Origin: an uncultured Bacilli bacterium
Lineage (GTDB): Bacteria; Bacillota_I; Bacilli_A; RF39; UBA660
Assembly: GCA_947587115.1 (NCBI GenBank)
Contig: CANPXY010000001.1
Span: forward strand, 1-47,322
DNA: 47,322 nt
Direction: 5' to 3'
Shown piece by piece: positions 38,414 to 46,772 of this stretch; the first letter of the stretch is position 1, and every line of letters begins with the position of its first letter. The notes under the pieces are model-generated. The model was not told where the DNA came from, made no database searches, and saw only the letters and a list, made by a program, of their open reading frames with translations. The translations under genes and the position numbers were made by a program.

Positions 38414-38636
38414 ATAAAAAAAATCGTCCTGCAAAAAGGACGATTAAAAACCGCGGTACCACCTTAATTCATAATTATATTATGCATCTCAAACTATAAC
38501 GCGTTACCGTTTTTATCTTATCCATAAAACACAACTTGAAAGTGATCTTAGTAAAACTTCATCTCTTCCATCTCACCCACCAGGAAGTTCTCTTGGCAAT
38601 CCATTTTACTACGTCTTTCGCACTTGCTTTTAATAT
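38414..38636 (-). promoter_or_regulatory. T-box leader (tRNA-sensing riboswitch) with an AUC (Ile) specifier and a terminator/antiterminator
   Basis: Minus strand: Stem I GAAAgacgTAGTAAAA...AGAGA...TTTTACTAagAUCAcTTTC. The specifier AUC is + 38544..38546. The T-box motif AATTAAGGTGGTACCGCGG is + 38451..38469. The terminator is atcgtcc-tttttgc-aggacgat followed by T8. Confidence 0.85.
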
Positions 38637-38642
38637 GTACCT

Positions 38643-38671
38643 AATATAACATATTTATTTTCGTTTTTCAA
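38643..38671 (-). promoter_or_regulatory. Sigma-A promoter of the T-box leader
   Basis: Minus strand: TTGAAA-17 nt-TATATT. Confidence 0.6.
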
Positions 38672-38695
38672 GAAGAAAAAACAAGTATCACAGAC

Positions 38696-40249
38696 TTATG
38701 ATTTTTTTTGCATATTTTTCATAGGATCGTGTGCTCTTTTAGTTTGACGTAATCCAGTTTGATCCAATACATAAACAGTATCACATACTTCATCAATATA
38801 CTTACGATCGTGAGATACACTGATAATAGCTCCATTATAATTGCGTAGCATTGCCCTAATTACAGGATTTGAAAGAGGGCTGAGATTTCTAGTAGGCTCA
38901 TCTAAAAGTAATACATTACATTCATCTAAAATTAGTTTCATGAGTAAAAGTTTTGCTCGTTGTCCACCCGATAATTCTTTAATAGAAGCTAACATTTCAT
39001 CGCTAGTAAATTTCATGTTGCCCATCAAAGTTCTAACTTCACTCTCAGAAAGATGATCATTTTTTAAAAATTCAACTGATGATTGCTCTGTAAACAACAA
39101 ATCATTATAATCCTGTGGCATATATCCCAACTTTATATCTTTTCGGTCTTTAAGTAAATCATAAATATATTTAAGCAAAGTAGATTTTCCTACTCCATTT
39201 TGGCCAACAATAACGATATGTTGTGGCCCTTCTACACATAATGAAATGTTTTTAGAAAGTATTCGTCCATTGATCGACAATGATTTTAAATCTAAATTGA
39301 GAACCCCTTTGCCATTCGGAATAGAAACATCATTAAACCGAATGTTAATAGCCTCTTCGATGTCTGCTTTCTGTACTCTTTCCTGTTCATTCAAGCGCTT
39401 TTCTTGCGCTAATAAGGAATTCATTCGATTCGTTCTTCCAGGATTAGCCTGTTGTACTTTATTTTTTATCTCCTTTAACGTTTTAATTTCAGACCGATAA
39501 TTTCTATTATCATTAGCAGCTAAACGATTTTGAGTGTCTATTTTCTTTAATCGTTGATCCACATATTCACGGTACCCCATTTTTTCTATAGTATGTCTAG
39601 CGTCGCTTTTACGTTTTAATTGTTCAAGATGAATAATAACGTTCGCGGTGTTTTCCAACAATGTTTCATCGTGGGATACAAACAAAATTGGTTTCGTAGT
39701 ACTGTTAATAAAGTTTTCAAGCCACGTTAAAGTCTCAATATCTAAATCATTTGTAGGTTCATCTAATAACAAAATATCATCATTTTCTATTAATAACTTA
39801 GATAATTGTAGTTTGACGCGTTCGCCACCCGATAAAAATTGAATCAAATATTCATCGCTCAAGACCTCTTCACTTAAACCAACTTTATATAGAGATTGCA
39901 TAATATCTCCAAACAAATTATATCGTTCTAACTGAATTTCATCCTGTGGATGATCTTTTAAAAAGTAGTTAATTACGGGTTCCGAATCCCATTTAGAGTC
40001 TAAAAATTGTTCTAAATAACCAATCTTACCATGCGTAACTACTTGTCCTGAACATTGGCAATAACCAGTAACTAAAGATGGATTATATATAAACTTAAGC
40101 AATGTGCTTTTTCCATTTCCCTCTTCCCCAATGAGCGCCACTTTATCGCCTTTGTTCAACACGAAAGACAAATTTTTACCAAGAGCCCTATTTTTTTGTT
40201 TTAATATTAAAGAAACATGATCTAACTCTAACACATTATCACCTACCAT
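38696..40249 (-). CDS. ABC-F family ATPase (two NBDs, no TMD; translation-factor / ribosome-associated class)
   Basis: Two sets of motifs are present: Walker A (GEEGNGKST, GQNGVGKST), signature (LSGGERVK, LSGGQRAK) and Walker B (LLLDEPTNDLD, LLLDEPTRNLS). They are separated by a charged linker of about 85 aa. The start is uncertain (ATG 40249 has no SD; GTG 40234 follows AGGTGA). Confidence 0.85.
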   Translation of the reverse strand: MVGDNVLELDHVSLILKQKNRALGKNLSFVLNKGDKVALIGEEGNGKSTLLKFIYNPSLVTGYCQCSGQVVTHGKIGYLEQFLDSKWDSEPVINYFLKDHPQDEIQLERYNLFGDIMQSLYKVGLSEEVLSDEYLIQFLSGGERVKLQLSKLLIENDDILLLDEPTNDLDIETLTWLENFINSTTKPILFVSHDETLLENTANVIIHLEQLKRKSDARHTIEKMGYREYVDQRLKKIDTQNRLAANDNRNYRSEIKTLKEIKNKVQQANPGRTNRMNSLLAQEKRLNEQERVQKADIEEAINIRFNDVSIPNGKGVLNLDLKSLSINGRILSKNISLCVEGPQHIVIVGQNGVGKSTLLKYIYDLLKDRKDIKLGYMPQDYNDLLFTEQSSVEFLKNDHLSESEVRTLMGNMKFTSDEMLASIKELSGGQRAKLLLMKLILDECNVLLLDEPTRNLSPLSNPVIRAMLRNYNGAIISVSHDRKYIDEVCDTVYVLDQTGLRQTKRAHDPMKNMQKKS

Positions 40250-40382
40250 AAAACTTTAGAAGACAATGATGTTCTTCGTCGAAATAGCCTATCATTAAAA
40301 AATGAAATATACTACATCGCACCAAAGTATGATGGATCCATAATTAAATATAATTTATCACGTGTTGTTAATTTTTGCAACT

Positions 40383-40410
40383 ATAAAAACAGCTAAACAA
40401 TTAGCTGTTT
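40383..40410 (-). terminator. Rho-independent terminator of the GH25 gene
   Basis: Minus strand: TAA-aacagcta-attgtt-tagctgtt followed by ttttt. Confidence 0.7.
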
Positions 40411-41600
40411 TATACTTCATACATCACATCGATATCGACAAAGCCATCGATTCCTGGAACCTTGCCTGTATTGGATAACTGCCAAAAGCGATAACGTTTC
40501 TGATAAGTAGTCTGATCGGTATAGTGTGCCAACCAAACCTCATGTGCTTCAGTATCCCAAATGTTTTCTAAATATTTTTTACTTCCATAAAGAAGTGTAT
40601 CATAGCCTTGCTTTTGTAATTCGCTAGAAAAAGTAGTAGCAATCTTATTTAAATCATAAATACTGATGCCTAGTTCATTAAACAAAGACCAACATTCCCA
40701 ATCGAATGCTACCGGCAAAGTAAGCTGGTAAGGTTTTAATTGCTTTACTACCCATTTTGCCTGCTCCTTCACTTCTTTGATGGAAGAGGCATAGGAATAA
40801 TAATAGACTCCAACATCCAATCCTACAGCTCTTGCGCCCTCGACATTTTTTACAAAAGTATCATCCAATTTTGAATCTTCGCCAATTCCTTTCTGAGTAC
40901 CAAGACGCATCAAGACAAAGTTTACTCCCCCATCTTTGACACTTTGCCAATCGATCGATCCTTGCCACTTTGACACATCGATCCCAATTTTCGAATCTTC
41001 TGTCTGATAATTTTCAATAAAATGCGCTAACTCTGTTCCCTCTTCATTAGTAGAACTACCACCCGTACTAGGAGCACGAACAGTCAATGTGAACTCTTTT
41101 CTAGTAATATTGCCACTGTTGTCTACTGCTTGATAGACCAGTGGATAAGTACCAGGCGCATCGGCATTATATTCGCCTTCAATCGTACAAGTAGGATTTG
41201 GATCATAGTTATCTGCACACATGATCTCATCGGTAAGTTCTTCACTGCTGCCCAGTGCAATACGATAAGCATCATTTAAATCGATATAAGGCTCCGTCGT
41301 ATCTTGTACGAGAACCGTAACCTCGGTCGTCTTTTTGCGATGATTGGAATTCCAATACGTCACCTTCGTCGTCACTTCACCCAACTTGGTCGTATCGACA
41401 GATACATCCTTGACAAGTTCTCCTTCTTCAATCGTCAAAAATTCAGATACATACACTTTACTGTATACTTCTGCTACAGCCGGTTCTTTTACTGTAATGA
41501 CTGTCAAATCTGGTTGATTAAAAACAAGATGCCACCCTATTCCGCAACCTAAAAGTACAACAACACCAATTACCAACCACAAAATCCATACTCTTTTCAT
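40410..41600 (-). CDS. Membrane-anchored GH25 muramidase (lysozyme) with an Ig-like (DUF5011-type) domain
   Basis: N-terminal TM. Ig-like module CADNYDPNPTCTIEGEYNADAPGTYPLVYQAVDNSGNITRKEFTLTV. GH25 start IGIDVSKWQGSIDWQSVKDGGVNFVLMRLG and WQLSNTGKVPGIDGFVDIDV. Confidence 0.85.
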   Translation of the reverse strand: MKRVWILWLVIGVVVLLGCGIGWHLVFNQPDLTVITVKEPAVAEVYSKVYVSEFLTIEEGELVKDVSVDTTKLGEVTTKVTYWNSNHRKKTTEVTVLVQDTTEPYIDLNDAYRIALGSSEELTDEIMCADNYDPNPTCTIEGEYNADAPGTYPLVYQAVDNSGNITRKEFTLTVRAPSTGGSSTNEEGTELAHFIENYQTEDSKIGIDVSKWQGSIDWQSVKDGGVNFVLMRLGTQKGIGEDSKLDDTFVKNVEGARAVGLDVGVYYYSYASSIKEVKEQAKWVVKQLKPYQLTLPVAFDWECWSLFNELGISIYDLNKIATTFSSELQKQGYDTLLYGSKKYLENIWDTEAHEVWLAHYTDQTTYQKRYRFWQLSNTGKVPGIDGFVDIDVMYEV

Positions 41601-41613
41601 TTGATCCTCTTTT

Positions 41614-41646
41614 CTATGAAAAAATTAGAATACTGCTATTCTAATT
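41614..41646 (-). terminator. Hairpin terminator overlapping the divIVA stop
   Basis: Minus strand: attagaata-gcag-tattctaat followed by tttttt. Confidence 0.5.
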
Positions 41647-42079
41647 CTAATGTTTCTATTTCTTCAACAACTGCCATCTGTTGTTCAACGATAATCTTCA
41701 ACTTTCTCTTGAAGATCTTCATATTTTTCTGTAAAGTATCTGCCTCTTGCTCGATACGTTCGGCTTTGAGTAACGCTTCGTTTACAATGCGACTGGCATT
41801 ATGTTTCGCATCGGTCACAATCATTTCAGATTCCTCTCTAGCCATCCGTTTGATATTGTCACTGGCCACTTCTGCATTCATCATTGCCTGCTTCAACGTC
41901 TGTTCCATCACTTCATAATGCTCTAACTTTTGTTTCAACATTTCCATGTCCTTGGTCTGCGCTTGACACTTGGCAATGATTCCTTCTGTCTTCTGAATGA
42001 CGTCCTGGACGAACTGATTGACTTCGTGGCGATTATAGCCATTTTGTTCATAACTAAATTTTTCCACGCGTCTCACCAC
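41636..42079 (-). CDS. divIVA: DivIVA-domain cell-division protein
   Basis: N-terminal F..EQNGYNRHEVNQFVQDV (DivIVA lipid-binding domain pattern) followed by coiled coil. The start is GTG 42079 or GTG 42070. Confidence 0.8.
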   Translation of the reverse strand: MVRRVEKFSYEQNGYNRHEVNQFVQDVIQKTEGIIAKCQAQTKDMEMLKQKLEHYEVMEQTLKQAMMNAEVASDNIKRMAREESEMIVTDAKHNASRIVNEALLKAERIEQEADTLQKNMKIFKRKLKIIVEQQMAVVEEIETLELE

Positions 42080-42130
42080 CTACTTGTTTCCTAAGCCCTC
42101 GCTCCTACAAGAATTCCTAATTTCAAACTC

Positions 42131-42577
42131 CTACCAGTTAAAATCCTCGTCTTCTTCTTTATCTTTGAATTTTCCCTTAAAAGATTTTCCATTAGCGGAA
42201 GAAGCAGAATCATCACTGATTTTACCTTCTACATTGACATTATTAGGTGTACAAAGAAAGATTCCGCCACCTAGCTTTTGTAAATCTCCCCCGATTGCAT
42301 AGAGTGTTCCACTTAAAAAGTCGACAATGCGCTTTGCTTGATCTGGAGTTACTCTCTTCAAATTTACTACGACTGCATTTCTGTTTTTAAGATAATCGGC
42401 AATTTGTTGTGATTCAGAATAAGCGCGTGGTTCTAATAAGATCATCTTATTGCTCGTCATACCATGCTCCTCTTTAAAAGCATCTCTTGAAACTGCATAA
42501 TACTCTTCTTCTCCATTGACATCCTCTGATTCTTCTTCCGTTCCACCAAAAAAATTTTTTAATTTGTCTAAAGCCAT
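42131..42577 (-). CDS. sepF: Cell division protein SepF
   Basis: [31 protein letters not shown]...[31 protein letters not shown] is the SepF (DUF552) core. Confidence 0.9.
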   Translation of the reverse strand: MALDKLKNFFGGTEEESEDVNGEEEYYAVSRDAFKEEHGMTSNKMILLEPRAYSESQQIADYLKNRNAVVVNLKRVTPDQAKRIVDFLSGTLYAIGGDLQKLGGGIFLCTPNNVNVEGKISDDSASSANGKSFKGKFKDKEEDEDFNW

Positions 42578-42650
42578 AATTTTTCCTCCTATGTTATTCT
42601 TACTAATTATTATTCTAACATATTTTTATTTAAAAAGAAATATCTTTTCA

Positions 42651-43049
42651 TTATTTTTGCATTTCTAAAAGCTGATTACTAAGATATTTATAAATATCGA
42701 ACATGGTCTCTAGTGGAATTGGCTTACTGAAAGTCAAAACTAATTGATAACCACTATCTGTAATCAGTTCAATAGCCGTATTGAAGTTGTGAATATCAAT
42801 ACTATAAGTACTAACAGAACCATATGGAATCGAATAAATCTGTCGACGGAAACCACGTACACCCTTACGATCTAAAATCATAATACGTTTACTAGTCAAG
42901 ATCACCAAATCTCGTGTCGCTTTACAGACGATAAAAATGTCTTCTGACTTATCGATCAGTTGTGCCAACTCTGGTTCGATCTCATCTACTCCTACAACAG
43001 AAGTATAATTAAGTTCCGCCGTCAATGGTTTAAACTTCATATACGCCAT
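42651..43049 (-). CDS. Bacterial PH-domain protein (YokE-like)
   Basis: DLVILTSKRIMILDRKGVRGFRRQIYSIPYGSVSTYSI fits the bPH pattern. Confidence 0.6.
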   Translation of the reverse strand: MAYMKFKPLTAELNYTSVVGVDEIEPELAQLIDKSEDIFIVCKATRDLVILTSKRIMILDRKGVRGFRRQIYSIPYGSVSTYSIDIHNFNTAIELITDSGYQLVLTFSKPIPLETMFDIYKYLSNQLLEMQK

Positions 43050-43134
43050 ATACACCACTCCTATTTTACAATCAAATTATAGCACACTTTAAACGAAAAA
43101 AAAAGAAGTTATTACACTTCTTTTCTTAAACTTT

Positions 43135-46119
43135 TTAAGCTTCTACATGTATTCTTAATGGAGTATAAGCACGGTTACCAGAAGCATCATATACATAGAA
43201 TTCTACCAAATATACACCTGGTTCATTCATGTTAAGCCAATCTGGATGTAAGATATAAACCTTATCCGTAATATTTCCATCATTATTATCAATCGCTTCA
43301 ACTAATTCACTGATTTCTGGACGTTTATCGCCTACTTTATAGTAAATATCAGAAGCAACGATTTTATGAAGATCTGGTTTAATTTCATCTACTACTAAGA
43401 TACCTCTTGAAACACGTTCTGAAACATTACCAGCTTCATCAGTTACTGTATAATATTGATAATATTGTCCAGCTTTTTTAGTATCGATTGCATCTACTTC
43501 TGTATAAGTTGTAGTACCAACAGCTTTAAAAGTATACCATACTTGTACAGTCATGTTTTCTTTACTAGAATAATTATCAGAATATTCAATACCAAATTCA
43601 TCGGTGTATTCGCTTCCCCAATCAATCGTTACATTAGAACTTCCTAATAGACGAATCGTTGGAGCCGTTTTATCAATATTAGTTACTTTAATTTCAACAG
43701 AAGTTTCATTTCCATACAAATCTTTTATAATTACGGTTTCTTCCCAATTTTTAGGATATGCTTTACGGTATAACGTATCGCTCTTCTTTGCCCAATTTCC
43801 ACCAAGTTCTTGAATTGGCTCATTTGCTTCGATATAAGCATATACACCATGATTTGTTGGAGTATCAGGAGAGTACCATACTGTTACCTCTGGAGCCTTT
43901 GTATCTTCTACTTCATAAGACATGGATCTAGTAACAGAGTTACCAGCATTATCTATAACGGTGTAGGCACATTCATAAAGCCCTACTTTAGAAGTATCAA
44001 CCTTAGAACGTTCTTCTTGAAGTTCTACACTCTTGACACCTGAATGTTCATCAGTAGCAAAAGTCATCATTACTTCTGCTGTCGGGCAACTAAATTCAGA
44101 ATTTCTCTCAACTTTCGTACCCGTCCAATTCATAGGCGCACCACCAAGATCAAACATTGGGGCAGTTCTATCATAAATTAATGGCTTAGTAGCTTGAGTT
44201 TGGTCAACAATGACATTAGTATTACCAGCTTTATCAGTGTAACCACTAATTGTAAAGCTTAATGGTCCTTCAACTAAAACGGCTTCATTTGCATCAATAG
44301 TAATACGGGCTTGATAAATGATTTCTCCATTACCACCTGAAACTTTATTCATTGTTGCTGTATAACTACCAACGGTAAGTGTAGGTAGAGTTACTAACTC
44401 TTCGCTAAGAGTAGCATCAACAACAAGCGTTTCACCGTTCTTGATGTAACCACTATCAAAGTAATTCTTATTATAAATTTGAACCTTGGCAATGACTGGT
44501 TTAGCATTGTCGTAAATAACTTCTTTTTCTGGATTTCCATTATTAATTCCAGTTGAAGTTAATTCAGAAGATATACCAGCCAAATCAGTAACCTTGACTG
44601 CTACCGCTATAGTTTTATCCTCTTCAAGCTTCATTTCTTCACTTAATTCTACTTCATAGAACGTGTACTTATAAACTGTTGGGTGTTCTGCATCTTTAGG
44701 GAATGTTTCCTTATTTACTGATCCAAACTTTGGCGTAATGCCATTGATTTGCAATTCTGGATTAGATAATAAATCTTCATTGGTTTCAACCGTAATCATC
44801 AATTTATCAGTAATATTTGCATAATTTGTGTTTTTATGTTGTGTTTGTAATTTAATTCTAGTAATTTCTGGAGCTATCGTATCAACGACTTCATAAGACA
44901 TAGATCTAGTAACAGAGTTACCAGCATTATCTGTAACAGTGTAGTAGCATCCATAAGTTCCTACTTTAAAAGTATCAACTTTAGAACGTGCTTCTTGTAT
45001 TACTACACTCTTGACACCTGAATTCGCATCAGTTGCAAATTTTGTCATTTCTTCTGCTGTTGGACAACTAAATTCAGAATTTCTTTCAACCTTTGTACCT
45101 GTCCAATTCATAGGTGCACCACTAAGATTAAACGTTGGTGCAATAGTATCAATACCAAATGTTACAGTAGTTTCATTTCCTGCTTCGTCAGTAACTACAA
45201 GTGTATACCATTTTGCATCATTTGGATTCGCAATGATTTCTTCTTCACTTGTATATGCTACTTTGTTAAGTGTTGCTGTATAGGTAGTTAAATCTTCAAT
45301 TTGAGCTTTTAATGTTTTGTTGTACCATAATTCAGGAGCTACTATTTCTTCTCCTTTGTATAAGGTAACAACAGGAGCATCTTGATCGATTGTAAAGTTA
45401 ACAGTTACGCTATTTCCACTAGCATCTTCTACTGTTACTTCATACTTTCTACTGTCTGTGAAAGTAAGATCACCATCGTACTTTTCTCCATTGACAGTGA
45501 CTGTGTAATCACCTGCTTCATCGACTTCAAGTGTAACGTTTTCATTTGTCGCACCGCTAGGAACACCTCCTACAACTGGAGCCGTCGTATCAGAGATCGT
45601 TACGATGAAACTTTGGCTACTTGATAAGCCACGACTGTTGGTAACCGTATAAGTGATACGGTATTGTCCAATACGAGTAGTATCGAAAGAATCAGCGGCC
45701 TCGAATTCATCACTTTCCGTAGCGCGATATTCATAGGTAATAACCGCCGTCAACATCGTTCCATCTTCGTCTTGAACTTGTACGTCAGGCATTGTAAAAC
45801 TAGATGCGAATTCAACACGATCCACCTTTACATCGTCTAAAGTAAATACTGGAGGATTTGCTTGTACTTCATTTGTTTGTCCGTTTCCCCCAACTTGACC
45901 TAATACTGGTGCAGTCCATGTATTGTCATCTTCACCAGTAGAATCATCTGATGGCTCTATTGCGTTATCCTGATCTTTATCATGGCTGGATCCACCATTG
46001 TCAGTTACGCCATCACCATCAAGCTTTTCAATATCACCATTTCGTGTAAATGCAAATGTTCCAACAGACAATAACAAAAGCAAAACAATCGCAATGATAA
46101 TACCTTTTTTCTTATCCAT
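43135..46119 (-). CDS. Large N-terminally anchored surface protein built of Ig-like (DUF5011-type) modules
   Basis: TM anchor IIIAIVLLLLLSVGTFAF and an acidic linker. There are many modules ending ...Y.VTD..GN....F.I.D...P. No LPXTG motif at the C-terminus. Confidence 0.85.
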   Translation of the reverse strand: MDKKKGIIIAIVLLLLLSVGTFAFTRNGDIEKLDGDGVTDNGGSSHDKDQDNAIEPSDDSTGEDDNTWTAPVLGQVGGNGQTNEVQANPPVFTLDDVKVDRVEFASSFTMPDVQVQDEDGTMLTAVITYEYRATESDEFEAADSFDTTRIGQYRITYTVTNSRGLSSSQSFIVTISDTTAPVVGGVPSGATNENVTLEVDEAGDYTVTVNGEKYDGDLTFTDSRKYEVTVEDASGNSVTVNFTIDQDAPVVTLYKGEEIVAPELWYNKTLKAQIEDLTTYTATLNKVAYTSEEEIIANPNDAKWYTLVVTDEAGNETTVTFGIDTIAPTFNLSGAPMNWTGTKVERNSEFSCPTAEEMTKFATDANSGVKSVVIQEARSKVDTFKVGTYGCYYTVTDNAGNSVTRSMSYEVVDTIAPEITRIKLQTQHKNTNYANITDKLMITVETNEDLLSNPELQINGITPKFGSVNKETFPKDAEHPTVYKYTFYEVELSEEMKLEEDKTIAVAVKVTDLAGISSELTSTGINNGNPEKEVIYDNAKPVIAKVQIYNKNYFDSGYIKNGETLVVDATLSEELVTLPTLTVGSYTATMNKVSGGNGEIIYQARITIDANEAVLVEGPLSFTISGYTDKAGNTNVIVDQTQATKPLIYDRTAPMFDLGGAPMNWTGTKVERNSEFSCPTAEVMMTFATDEHSGVKSVELQEERSKVDTSKVGLYECAYTVIDNAGNSVTRSMSYEVEDTKAPEVTVWYSPDTPTNHGVYAYIEANEPIQELGGNWAKKSDTLYRKAYPKNWEETVIIKDLYGNETSVEIKVTNIDKTAPTIRLLGSSNVTIDWGSEYTDEFGIEYSDNYSSKENMTVQVWYTFKAVGTTTYTEVDAIDTKKAGQYYQYYTVTDEAGNVSERVSRGILVVDEIKPDLHKIVASDIYYKVGDKRPEISELVEAIDNNDGNITDKVYILHPDWLNMNEPGVYLVEFYVYDASGNRAYTPLRIHVEA
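43891..44163 (-). repeat. Internal duplicated module, copy 2 (pairs with 44866..45141)
   Basis: aa 653-743: APMFDLGGAPMNWTGTKVERNSEFSCPTAEVMMTFATDEHSGVKSV...VIDNAGNSVTRSMSYEVEDTKAP. Confidence 0.85.
44866..45141 (-). repeat. Internal duplicated module, copy 1
   Basis: aa 327-418: APTFNLSGAPMNWTGTKVERNSEFSCPTAEEMTKFATDANSGVKSV...VTDNAGNSVTRSMSYEVVDTIAP. It is roughly 80% identical to copy 2 at the protein level by eye, offset by 326 aa. Confidence 0.85.
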
Positions 46120-46143
46120 TTACATCCTCTCCTTTGCTAAGTT

Positions 46144-46172
46144 ATATTAGCACAAAATTTTTAAAAATTCAA
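46144..46172 (-). promoter_or_regulatory. Sigma-A-like promoter for the 994-aa surface protein gene
   Basis: Minus strand: TTGAAT-17 nt-(tgc)TAATAT, 24 nt upstream of the ATG. Confidence 0.4.
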
Positions 46173-46226
46173 TAATTTCATTAATTTAATATGCAATTTT
46201 TACACAATTTGTCCAATTTTTTTAAG

Positions 46227-46757
46227 TTATTTGACAAATTTGATCGAATTTAAGGGCCAAATTCTTAAAATGGTCTTTCCTAAAATGTCTTTTTTAGCCA
46301 CCAAACCTAATTCTCTACTGTCTGATGAATGTTCTCGATTATCTCCTAAAACCAAATAGTAATCATCGGGAATTTCACTATAGCCTAAGTCCTCTAGGGT
46401 GAAATCAGCGGTAACAACTCCATCGTCAAGATAAGGCTCCGAATAAGCCTCATGATTGATGTAGAGTTTATTATCGCGAAAAGCAACATGCTCACCTGGA
46501 AGTCCCACAACCCGTTTTACAAGATAGTTGGTATCTTGAAAACGTAACGCTACCACATCGCCTCGCTTGATATCTGTAAAGCGATAGTGCACCTTATTCA
46601 ACACCAGAATATCGCCATCTTTCAGGTGGGGATCCATCGACGAGCCAATGATTTGTTGCAGGGAGAATAAATACGTGATGATAAACAAGATGATCGCAAT
46701 TAAAATCGCATACTTCAAAAAATCTTTGATCGCTTCTTTTACGTCTAATAAGTCCAT
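46227..46757 (-). CDS. lepB: Signal peptidase I (S26A)
   Basis: GSSMDPHLKDGD (catalytic Ser), VKRVVGLPGE (Lys) and GDNREHSSDSR boxes. Confidence 0.92.
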   Translation of the reverse strand: MDLLDVKEAIKDFLKYAILIAIILFIITYLFSLQQIIGSSMDPHLKDGDILVLNKVHYRFTDIKRGDVVALRFQDTNYLVKRVVGLPGEHVAFRDNKLYINHEAYSEPYLDDGVVTADFTLEDLGYSEIPDDYYLVLGDNREHSSDSRELGLVAKKDILGKTILRIWPLNSIKFVK

Positions 46758-46772
46758 ATCGTTCTCCTACCT

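Noticed and set aside
38396-38434. TTG-start extension of the antiporter ORF (track start 38434)
   Set aside because: The TTG lies inside the T-box terminator hairpin. The ATG at 38395 has an AAGGAG SD and gives a typical YrbG N-terminus.
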